A stretch of 64,000 nt of DNA, taken from Acanthaster planci. Lineage: Eukaryota. The position numbers and the translations under genes were made by a program. Below, piece after piece: positions 39,521-50,860 of this stretch. The DNA is taken from NCBI RefSeq assembly GCF_001949145.1, contig NW_019091357.1, positions 1,576,746 through 1,640,745 of the forward strand, given 5' to 3'. The notes under the pieces were generated by a model. That model searched no databases and was not told the origin of the DNA. It worked only from the letters and a program-made list of their open reading frames with translations. How positions within the stretch are numbered: the first letter of the stretch is position 1; each line of letters begins with the position of its first letter.

Positions 39521-39971
39521 AGCCTTGTTCATGCATAATTAAAACGTTTACAAAATGTTCATAAAAACAAATATAGAACAGAAAGAAATGTTTTCTAAAT
39601 AAATATATTTTACTATTAATCAAATATTTTTGTCAAAAATTAAAAAAAAAATGAAATATACCTGTGAGAAAAAGTTTACAAGTTTAATTGCTGTCATTTT
39701 TGTCAAAACTTTTGCAGACGACACATCATTCAGCACTTTTTTACCAGAAAAAGACAGATGGTTAAAGTAAGTTCTGAAGCTGAAGTCTTTTTGCAATACT
39801 TAGGCCTAAGCCTACTTATCTCGACAGATTTTTTTCATACTTTTTTCTCATTTAGTCCTGGCTTTGACCAAGCAGGGCCAGGGAGCAGGCCCAAACTTTC
39901 ACTTAGGACAACAAGTTGTTGGGGCCTTAGAAGTTCCTGTAACGTTAGACATATTTTACGTGTCCAAGAAG

Positions 39972-42858
39972 ATGGCAGCAGAGATGAAGAAGCACACTGA
40001 CAACAGCAACGGGTCGAAAGAAAAAATCCCACTAAACCAGACAGTGTTAAGCTCAGTGAGTGCAGTAGTTGAAGAATCATTTCAGGAGGCATCTGCAGCT
40101 GCCAGATTCCAGAATTATGTCGGGACAGCATTCTTCAATGACACTATTCGACCATGTCAAAGAGAACAGATTCTTGTAGCTGTCCGTGAGGTTATTGGTA
40201 ACTTGTTTTGGCAAGCATGTGTTGCAGCCAGGGCCCAAATGAGGGTTGAAGATCAGTCTTTTGTCAAGGGTGTCAAATGGAGAAATGACATTGAAGAAGA
40301 CACAGTGGCCAAGAGTTCTCATGCTAGCCAATCATATGGACATGCTGTTGGTAACTCAACAGCTTCCGAACAAGGCTGTTGGTCATCAAGTTTGTTCCAA
40401 CTCAACAGTGTGTCCAGATTGTCATGTGAAGAATCTCTACAGACGGAAGAAACTTCAGTTGCCATGGAAACATTCAAACCACTGTCTACTGAAATAACAG
40501 ATCCAAATGAAATGGCAAGAGATGATCTTAAGCAGTTGCGGTTTTTGAGAACAGTTAGTGAGAAGCCAATATTCCAAGATAGCAGAGAGTCCAAAAATGG
40601 ACAGTGCATTACTAAAAGGGTTGATGATAGGGAAGTGTCACAAGACAGTAAATCCAAGACTGTGAGCAACTCTCTTATGGGACAAAAAGATGCACTGGAC
40701 TGCTTCAAGGGTCAAGAAATGAGTGCTCCTTGGTCTGCAGTATCTTTTGTTGTCTCAAGTGTGGCTACTCCAAAGGATGATATCTCTCCAGATCTTGCCC
40801 AGTCCCGTCAAGATGAACCACTCTGCAAGATACTAAAACTTGATGAGAAGTCCTGCAGAAACTGCAGCATTATTTCCCTCAAAAGTGATACCGACAGGGA
40901 ATGGGACCAGCCAACTTTAAAGTCATCAGAGAACTTCAACAGTTGCTATGATCGAAAGTCAGACAAAGCTTTGCGTTCAACTCCTTTGACTTTAGCAGCA
41001 AGGGAAGAAACCCCAGTTCCTGATGAATGTTTTGAAGATACAAGCAGCAAAGGAATTCAGGCACTTTCTTCAGTGATTGATATCTCTCAGAAAAACGTCA
41101 CATGTCGAGACGAGAAGACTGGAGAGCACATACCTAATGATATATCAATTAAAGAGGAGACAAGTGAGGTAGACTACGAGATGCCTGCTACGAGAATGGC
41201 ACTCCAAGATGTTGGACAAAAGTTACAGCTCACCCGGGAGAATGAAGAAGATATGCACACTGGACAACCTGATCCATCAGCAGAGTTGGATAAGAAAATA
41301 GATTTTTCACTTGTGTATGAAACCGTCCCACCTGAGCCAACTCGTCCAATTGATGATGACTATAAGCATTTGGCTGCTGAGAAAAAACAGGCAAGTGATG
41401 CAGATTGGATCAAACTCGAAGGTCCATCAGAGCAGATAACCGAAGAAGTTTTGCCTGAAAATGGCCCCAAAAGAGGAAATGTTAAACCCACCAATGATCA
41501 GATGGTGCCAAGTTTGCTGGAAGAGGATGGGGATAAAACCCCAGAAGACAGAGCACACGAGCTGTATGCTGATGATGATGAGGGTACGGATCTTTTGATT
41601 TCTTCCAACTTCTCAAATGTTCATTAAATTTTATTGTGATTTTCCATTTGCTTATGAGAGAAAGAATTGAATGTACATTTTCACATGTACTAGCAAAATA
41701 ATAAGTTTGATTCATAATGGAACTAAAAGATTGCTTTTCATTAACAGTTTACTTTGCTCTTTTTTTCTAATAGAAGTTTCCATTGAGGTGAAACACAGGG
41801 AGGCTGACGTTACAGGGACTTCATTATCTCCCACACCAAGCTCAACTCTTAATGAAGTAAATGAAGAGCAATTAAATGAAGAGGTGTCAGGTGGAACTAA
41901 AGACAGGAGCAATGCAGGTGAGGTTAAGAAATAAGAGTTATTTACTGCTTCTGGGCACATAACAAATTTATGCAATTGAGATCATGTTGCGGAGAATATA
42001 ATTGTTGGATAAATTTTCAGTTTTGTAATTCTTTGACGTAATACCAATCAAGCTAAGTTCAGCAAATAATGACATTACACCCAAGGAGGGTATTTCAAAG
42101 TGCTATTTTTTGCTACACCTTGTCCAGTGCCAATTGGAAATCAGCTTGTACCACAAACGTCAACTGGGATTTTTCAGTGGAGACATGGAATTTCTTATGA
42201 AAATCAACAGCCAGCCAGTAGCAGGTCACCTCTAGGCTCACTCGGTAGGTTCATCAGAAAAATTAATGTCTTTTTTGTTTGTATGGGTCTTGTATAGGCC
42301 ACAGTAGATTAGTTTTTATTGTACTTTCAATGAAGAATTTTTGGTTCCATTTTTGCCTTTACATTGTTGTTGGCTTCCAGTCTGGTGTGCTGTCTTTTTA
42401 AAGATGTATTAATTGGTTGCTTCATGGGTTAGTTTAGAGTATTTTATTAGAACTGGTAAAATATTTCCCGAGGTTTTAATGGGCACCTTTTTATCTCATT
42501 AAGAATTCCAGTAGAGGGTTTGCATGGTTGCCATCTTGCAGGCCAGTGCTTTTGGTCCACAGGGTAAGCACAAAGGAAGTTTCCCTGCGGACCAAAAGAA
42601 CTGCCCTGCAAGATGGCCGCTGCGCAAAGCCTCTATTTAAGCCCACATGTTCTTTGCCAGTGACCTGCCTCTGTGTTTGTATCATCAGACCAGCAGACAG
42701 TTCCCGACTTGGAGTGGAGACCATCACCACTGCCTGCTTGTAATCGAAAGAGAAGACTTGGTCTGTCCAGGAGACAGCGAGTCAGTCATCTCCATCATAT
42801 CAACCATCTGCCCTGCCAAAATACAAGGCCAAGCCCTAACACAGGGCACGAAGAGTAA
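39972..42858 (+). CDS. RAD51AP1/RAD51AP2-like protein with C-terminal RAD51-interacting motif, 3 coding exons, about 641 aa
   Basis: join(39972..41583,41774..41917,42689..42858) = 1926 nt. Both introns are GT-AG and phase 1 (GAG G|gtacgg...ctaatag|AA GTT; GCA G|gtgagg...atcatcag|AC CAG). ATG in AAGATGG context. Long acidic, Ser-rich disordered body; last exon encodes RKRRLGLSRRQRVSHLH, resembling RLGLSRLARVKPLH of RAD51AP1. Start codon less certain because the ORF is open upstream to an acceptor at 39855. Confidence 0.75.
42510..42637. mobile_element. MITE, family B copy 1
   Basis: Inverted ends agtagagggtttgc..gccatcttgcagg / cctgcaagatggc..gcaaagcctctatt; homologous to 10012..10135. Confidence 0.8.
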
Positions 42859-45801
42859 TGGTCTGTGTTGTCAAGCTTGGGTGAGTAAAATTAGGAGTGC
42901 TGAAATGGCACAGAAGGGTTTGATAACATTTGCATTTTATGGCATCTGAACTCCAGGTAGACAACCTGAACATTCACAAAATTGGCACCTCAAGTTTGGA
43001 CACATTAGGGCTTCATACTTCACCAATTGCCACACAAATGCACTCAGAGCGTTACCATCATTGCATGCAGAATCCATGTTGTGTTCAGGTTAGAGGAGCT
43101 CATTGTTTTAACCATCTATCTCTGAGTGGCATCAGAGAATTCAGGAAGACTTACAGTCACCAGATACTCAAGGGATTTCCTTTCAAAAGAGTAACATTTA
43201 TGAACGTTTGTATTATTTTGCTTTTCAAGTATGCCTTTGATGTTTGTAAGAGATCATGGTCACATGCTAACTCAAGCAAGGGGATTCAATTCAGCAAAAG
43301 TTCACACACTGGAGAAAAGGAGACATTTTCAAGTGATGCAAACTAGGTTTGATGGATAAAAGTCGATTCAGTGTAACATTTTTTCAGATTTTTTTCGTTT
43401 GTTTTTAATCTGATTTTTGAGCAGGATTCCAGCTATTTGCAAGCTACTGAAAGCACTCGTCAGCACATATTACCAAGTAGTTTTTACACAGGTAGAAACA
43501 TCCGTGATCTGCATAAATTAACTTTTTGGGTGATATGTTCACACAAGGCTTACCATTACAAAAATCTGGAACCTCAACAATGAAACAGGAAATATCAGTG
43601 ATTTTCCTGGCACACAGATGAGGGAAGTGAATCCAAAAAATCCTTTTACTTTTAATCAGTTCTACTTCTGTTTAGTTGATGAACAGATATCCTCATGATA
43701 AGGATTTGAAAATATTCGTATTCCTTCCTGAAACGTAGTTGAGGAAAAGTGTCCTTGAATTGAAAGAGTCTTATACCCTCGAAGAGAAGCATTCCTTTTT
43801 AGTTAATGCTAGTTTATTTGGCATTTGTCTTAATGTTATTCAAAACATGAAAAGAAATTGAAACATTGGTTACTTGTGCTGAAATACTTCACATCCTTTA
43901 AGTTTTCTCAATGTTCATTATTTAAATATTTATGAATCCGTATTTACATATATATTTTAGATCCTTATTTATGCCCAACTTATACAAACACTCTCCAGTG
44001 TTGTTAGAAGATACACTGACGTTATTGATGTTCATTGTGGCGTAGATATAAGACAGTGAAACGGCAGTGACAAGGTAGAAAGGGGTGCCAAGTTCTACAG
44101 ACATTGTAATAAGTTGTAAAACAGCCATCATAATTGTCACTGAAGGCTGTTTCTCGTCATCGTGATTGTCATCACTGGTGCTATCACCATCTTTTTCTCG
44201 TTATCCTTATAACTTGTCTTATTATTATAATTATCTTAATCCTCACCAGTGGTATAAATTTGTGCATGGGACGGGGGGGGGTCGGGGAGGAGAAAGAGAT
44301 GACGTAAATAAAAAAATTGTCCGGCCATGGAAATTTGAAAAAGGGAGGGGGGGAGGATACAATGTGACACTTCTTTGGGGAGCTGTTCATGATGCATTAC
44401 ACTAACGCCCCTGCAGGAGCTTTACCTCAGCGTATTTATTGATTTTTTCTTTTCATTTTTCACCCATCATTCAGTACTGATAAATACATTTTGGTTGTTG
44501 GGAAGTGTGAGGAATTCCCGCCAAATCCCCCTTAATTCTTTCTCATTATGAAAAAGTGGGACAATGATTCGATAACCCATCCCCTGGTCAACATAGTGCA
44601 GGGATATCTTTCCCCCTACCCCCCCCCTTCTCCGCTGGGATTTACGCCCCCAACCCTCACCACAGTTATCATCAGGTTGATATGTTTGTCACTGCACTCC
44701 GTATACCCCCCGTCATCAACATGCATGTACCAGGCAACAGTAATGGCTGCTGCGGTAAAAGTGGAGCACATGAAAATTATATACACCTGATTGTGTGAAG
44801 TTTGTGAACCATTAAGCGACAGGTCCTGATCTTGTGACAAACATTGCCTGTAAAAAGAATAAATGCAGTTCTCAGACCCCCTGCATCCTCTCCTGCTGGG
44901 CCGCACAATAAGCTTTATTATTTCTCCATGATTCACCGTATAGACCCAGACATGAATAAATACAGAACCGCCTGCTTCACAAACAACGTGAAGAGATTAC
45001 CAAAGAAAAAAGTTGTCAAGGGACTACCCCTGCAGTTTATAAATGTAAATCTGGGTATTCCCCTAAAAATTAAAAGAAGAGGTTTTTATGGCAGGTAACC
45101 TCGTCAAGTTCATGCATGTTGCGCAATACATGCAGCTTGGTGTGAACACGTACTTATTTGGAAAACAGACGGCGAAGTTTGTTTCCTTAGGCGTATTGTC
45201 CTGTTTTCACTCTTCGGGACACAAAATAGACGCCCAGGATAAACACCACCGCCACAAAACCCTTCCTGTTGAACACTTGACCTGAACATACGACGACCCC
45301 TGAGGTCATTATTCTCTACATTCAGTTGCCCCAGATTGTCTATTTTTAGTTGCATTTGTTTGGGTTAAGTCTCCGCTCTGACTGTTCATATTTTCAATGA
45401 AACAATGAAAATGTATTGTGTAAGTTTTATGTATTATTTTAAAAAGTCTTGATGTAAAAATGTATTCTGTGTAAAGCCACTTTCATCTGTATAAATGCAA
45501 CAGCATAAGATTCCGTAGCAACACGCGTTCGATATGTATGTTTTATTCATGTTGGCGAGCAGAGGTTCTTGAAAAGGTTTTATGAATAAATTATTATGAG
45601 GCCAACTGCTGTCTTGACCGTTTAACGTAGTTTATATTATGCTTTCCGGATCAGTGTCGAGGAAGAGGAGATATGCATGATAGGAGGACTCTGCATCTGC
45701 CCACATTGAACACACAAGTGATAATTTAGGCCTTGGGGCTTAGTTAACGGCTTTTCCATGCAGTCATCCATAGCATAAAAAGTTGCTACCACTCACTGAA
45801 A

Positions 45802-45973
45802 TACGGCCGTTTCACAATAGTGCGCCACCAAGAGTTTGCAATGGGTTGGCCAATCACAGTGTGCGAAATTTGTCGACCCAATGCGCGTTTAGAAAGGGTC
45901 GACAAATTTCGCGCGTCATGATTGGCCAACGTGTTGCAAACTCTTGGTGGCACACTATTGTGAATCCCCCGTA
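45802..45973. mobile_element. Palindromic MITE, family A copy 1
   Basis: About 75-bp imperfect inverted arms (ttcacaatagtgcgccaccaagagtttgca / tgcaaactcttggtggcacactattgtgaa; aaatttgtcgaccc / gggtcgacaaattt) with TA at both ends. Confidence 0.9.
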
Positions 45974-46414
45974 ATGTATGCAAACAGAAAAGAAAGCAAC
46001 CTGTAAACTGTTAGCCCCTAATTGTATTAAAATGATAATTAAGCATGACTCGGAGAAGTCGTACATTCATTTTGTATGACTGTCATAGGATAGATGCATC
46101 CTTATATACAACCACTCTTTTTGACAGTGAAAGGGTAAACGAACTTTTGAAGGATCAATTCTCACTTGTTCATTAAGCCAATAGTTTTAGTTTACAGTAA
46201 AAAATTCAACGGTTCTCGTTTGACTTAGCAAGCTTAACTACATCTATTATTGATTGTCTTGCAATTTTGTTTATATACTTCTAGCACTTCTAACAGAGTC
46301 TGAAAATTCTACTTATGCATAAAGTAGTTTGTGTTTATGGTCACTAAAAAACTCATAACTGAGTCAAATCAGTTCATTTCCAGGCCAGTAAATGCCATAA
46401 AGCATAAACATAAT

Positions 46415-46432
46415 GCGCCAGCAGAGGGCGTA
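46415..46432 (+). promoter_or_regulatory. CTCF-like motif
   Basis: gcgCCAGCAGAGGGCGta matches the CTCF core CCASYAGRKGGCR. Confidence 0.45.
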
Positions 46433-46749
46433 GTGCACATAAACTGGAAAGTGGGAATTGGAAACTTGAACCTGCTCAAATTTAGAACATTACTCTTCTG
46501 GTGTAAGTGGTGATCACAGATCGCGCGGCAAGTAAAGAAGAATTGTTTTCGAATTTATTGAGGTCTGTCCTATTTAATAATGATTTCTTCAAAAGCTCAT
46601 CAGCAGACAGAGTACGTGATTGAGATATCAAAGGATTCCCTCCACCTCAGTTCAGATTCTCCACAACTTCAACAGGAACTTGAAAAAATTGATTAAATAA
46701 GAAAATAACATTTATCACTTTTGATCTGTTAAATACATGTACAAGCACG

Positions 46750-47574
46750 TCAAGATAGTGAACTCTTCATTTCATTCGCAAACGGTGTAACAGGTGTATT
46801 ATTAAGTTTCTTATTAATTAAATTCTCCATCGGTGTACCCTTCTTTTTGCTCAGTCTGAATCTCATGTCCTTGGGTGTGATGTAAGGGCTTCTTCCGTTA
46901 GGGTCTCCATACAGCCACTTGACAATGTACTTCTCTCGAACACTTGGCGTGGGAGTTTGGATCTCTGGAAGCTTGATGTCAGTCGTCGATTTCGTCGGCG
47001 TACCGGCTGCCTCTCTCCTCAAATCATGCTGCTCTTGTTGGAACCTCCGCACCTCCTCATCGCCCAGGATGTGCTGATAACACTGGGTGTTATAGCTTGG
47101 TTCAGTCCTCGGTCTCCTGCGGCCGGTGCCTCGCTCATTTCTGTACTTGTGCTTCGCAAAAAGCTGGCACTGGTTGGCGCTGAGCTCAGGGAAAAGAGGC
47201 AGCTCTCGGCTGTTCTTAGTGGGCCTGTAGATCGGTTTCCCCGGCGGGAAGGTTGCTCTGCTGGACATGTGCCTCCGAGACTGTCGGTACAAGACGGCCG
47301 CCGAGGTGGCATGTGAGCGCCGGTGCCAGGCGTTGGCAGCTGCGGGAGCTCTTGACGTGTCGATCGGCGGGGACGGCTCTCGGGGAGTACGTTCCTGCGG
47401 CACACCGGAGATACGCAGATCTCTCATGAGATCCTCGGTGATCACGATGCGGTTTCGGATGTCGTCAAACTTGATACCGTGGTCAATCTTTTGGGAGAGA
47501 TCTACTAGCGCTGCCATGGTTGACGGACTGACCAGATCCGGATCCAAAGAAAGTTGACGGAGACGTTTCAACAT
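46750..47574 (-). CDS. Uncharacterised basic, largely disordered protein, 274 aa, single coding exon
   Basis: 825-nt ORF, GC-rich against AT-rich flanks, ATG start, Arg/Pro-rich; no recognisable domain. Confidence 0.7.
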   Translation of the reverse strand: MLKRLRQLSLDPDLVSPSTMAALVDLSQKIDHGIKFDDIRNRIVITEDLMRDLRISGVPQERTPREPSPPIDTSRAPAAANAWHRRSHATSAAVLYRQSRRHMSSRATFPPGKPIYRPTKNSRELPLFPELSANQCQLFAKHKYRNERGTGRRRPRTEPSYNTQCYQHILGDEEVRRFQQEQHDLRREAAGTPTKSTTDIKLPEIQTPTPSVREKYIVKWLYGDPNGRSPYITPKDMRFRLSKKKGTPMENLINKKLNNTPVTPFANEMKSSLS

Positions 47575-48207
47575 CTGTGTTGCAGTTCTAAGTATGTGTT
47601 AAGAAGCTATATTAAGCGCTAGAAAAAGATGTTCACATCGTTGCACCCTTGAGAGTAACTTAATGTTGGAACGACCTATTCGAATACCGTCCAAAATAGT
47701 CGTTCTTGCCGATAACACCGATGACTTGTTCGTTGGAAATTATGCATGTAATCTTTCCTAGTGTCCACAGTTCATGGATAATTCAAATGTTCTTGACAAT
47801 GATCAAACAAGTTGTTGTACAGTTTCATAAGAATGATGGCATGTGCTTCAACTTTACCTTGGTGATGTCTCATGCGCAAACTTTCCATGTTGAAACTTGC
47901 ATGTCGCCGCAAGGTGTTAAGTTCACATCAGTGCAAAGTGAAAGGCCGGGAACACTATCTTACTTTGTGCTGCAAACCATAGAATACCTCAAAATAGGTC
48001 GAAGAGTGATGGAACGCAAAATGGCCAAGACCGCCTGTAACAAGTTCAGTTGTTTTAGGTAAAAAAAGCTGTTTTCTGGTGCCATTTTGCTCACATGATT
48101 GTGTCCGTACCATGAAATCTTGAATTGTGTGGTCACTGCAAGCAGGCAAGCTATTGCGTTGCTATGCCAAGTTTTTGCCGTAGTTACGGCAGCATGAATA
48201 AATGATT

Positions 48208-48465
48208 TGAAACTGACCCGCGCTGAATTTCTGATCAGTCTGGGGCGTTGTGATATATGGCGCAAAGTTGGCGATCGATCGCTCCAGTGGCGCTTCGCTC
48301 ATGATTTGTTAATGGTGCGTTTTGGCGGTCGACTGGGGAAGTTTGGACCAATCGGAGGCTTCCAAAACACATACGTAACTGTTTTGCATATACATTATTA
48401 AATGGGGGGGGGGTGTCAATGATCAGTGTGGGACACGACATGTTATTGATATTGGGTCAGTTTCA
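48208..48465. mobile_element. Putative MITE
   Basis: Perfect 12-bp inverted ends tgaaactgaccc / gggtcagtttca. Confidence 0.5.
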
Positions 48466-50860
48466 TCATGAATAATAAATAGATACAAGCGATAGAACAC
48501 TAGATGTCTCCTGAAAGTTTACAGAGTATAGCACAAACTGGAAAATACATGTAGGGCCTACATGGACGGTTTATACCTTCGGTACTGTATGAAAAGTTGA
48601 ATTCTGTAACGATTCAAAAACTCTAAATAAACTACACAATTATTGCCAAAAGTTTAAGTTCAAAATAAGATCAATTAACAACTGAGGTTTCTATACAGAC
48701 AGAAATGCTGAAGCACGAGTGCATTTTGTGATGGAAATTTGAAGAGGGACTTATTTTCGTTGAATGGTAGGATTCAAAGTAAGGACGGACATGATAGGGT
48801 ACTTTTAAAATGCCATTCTTCCAGTTGTCCACGTCACTGAAACTTAACAGGCGTCTCATCCTCTGTGGAGATGCTCAGTGCATATTGACATTTTCAATGA
48901 GACGCTTGTTCACAGCACGTGACCTGACCAATGTCACCCATTCCCGCCTTATACATGTACTCTGCTTTATACCCAAACGTACACCTCACATACTGAAACC
49001 CTGAAGGTACCTGACTCGAAAAGGTGTCACTGGTACCCGCGAAGAATAAAAAGGACAAGTGGCACGTTTCACCTTACCACCACCAACCAGTGGACAAATA
49101 CTTGACTCTAGACTTTTTGTGGACCCCCCTTCTCGACAACAAATTACAATCCTGCAATTTAATGGGCCATGACCGCACTCGACTGGTCTGAGTGCAAACA
49201 TTCGATTGGTTCACCCCCAACAACAATTGGCAGTATGACAAGAGCCATTGTGTCTGATCCCCAAACTCCGCAATTGTCAAGAGCTGGTTGTTGACGGCGA
49301 GGCACTCTGTCCATTGTGCCGTGCCCGCTCCAGCGTGGAAATTGCCTCGCAACTTTTGTCGCACCCGGTCGATCGTCCGTGAGAGGGGCACAGAAACGAG
49401 CGCTTATCGGGATTCACGAGGCTAAATAACCCAGCGAGGATGCTACTGAAAGTCCCAAATTCGACTAAGTACAGGACGCTGAGCGCGCACTGCTGGAAAC
49501 AAGCATGGCGGAGAATTTGCTTACGAGTTGAAAGAAATAAAGTCGTCATTTGATTGCTCCCTTTGCAGCAACTGAGGGACACTTCTGAGCTCGCTTCATA
49601 GACAGACTATCAAGAACATTTAGTGAAATGCACAGCTGAGTCACGCAGTTTCTTGCCCTCATCGGAGAAGTTTGGGGATCAGTACAACTATTACGCTCCA
49701 GAACAGAACCTGTTTCAACTCCCATCATACGCTTGGAACTTCACTTGAGGAGTCCCCAACTGCTGTACGGAGCTTTGGGAAGTCGAGATGGAAGAATCAC
49801 CGAGAGGCGGAAACGATCATTATGTTGATTGCTGGACTTGCAGTTATTACCACGGTGACTCGACAGCAGAATCTGAAATGCACTAAACGCTAACGGTGTC
49901 GAGACTATGTAGGAATTTGTTTAAAAAAAAAACGAACCAGTACAAAGTTTGATGATGCTCGGTTTTGATTAATCTAGTTTCGGCTTTGCTCATAATGGAA
50001 AATCACGTGATCTCGACTTCAATAATGTCTGTAGAGGGAAAGGGCGACACAGGTAAGAACCTCAACCATTTAATTCTGATTCTGTGATAAAATCGAGTTG
50101 GCTAAATCGTGCCTTTCATGTTTTGTTAACAGGAAATAAATCGTATTTGCTCCTAGATAATTATGCCATTAAGTTATACCGACTCTTTTACGGGAAGCTT
50201 AGCCTCGATTCAAAACCCCTTTGTTGCCAACAATGTCGTGAAGAGCCGAGCTTTTGTAAACACAAGTGCCGCTGATAAGAGAGAAAAGTTACCCTGATAG
50301 CCATCAGGTTTTCAAGCTCTTGGTCAATAAAAAGACATGTCCCCCTGAGAGAATTCTGTTGATCATAGCAACTGCACGCTCGATGAATAAGTTTACGAAG
50401 TGTAGTGTTTATGTTTCATCGACTGGGCGCGGAGGTAGTTGGAGGAATTTGATATTGAACTCTTTGTTCGTTGATGTAAATGATTTTGTTTGAGGCCAAC
50501 TCTTATTTAAACTCATCTCGTTTTAACACAGGTAAAACGGGTGCAGTAGCCGATGGTGTGTAAACAGCCAAGACTGGTTCGCCGACTGCTGTTCCTGAAA
50601 GAATGCCAGGTATATTCGATGAACAGTCTTTTGTCGATTTTCCCGAGGTATTAGTTTGTAAGAGTGAAATTGCAGCTCTTGGACAGTTTGGGTTAAAGCG
50701 GAGTGTGGACTTGAGGATCTGGAAATGACAGCGATTTATACAGAAACAAGGTTCTGACCGCAAGAGAAATCAACGGCGTTACCGCTAAAAACAAGCAAAG
50801 ATGTGTGATTTGTGACAACCACCAGAAATGTAAATCATCAGACACAATTCGAAAATCGAT

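Noticed and set aside
39864..41627. 587-aa ORF as a complete single-exon gene
   Set aside because: Starts at TTG and runs past a good donor at 41584 into AT-rich intron; in-phase downstream exons give a better model.
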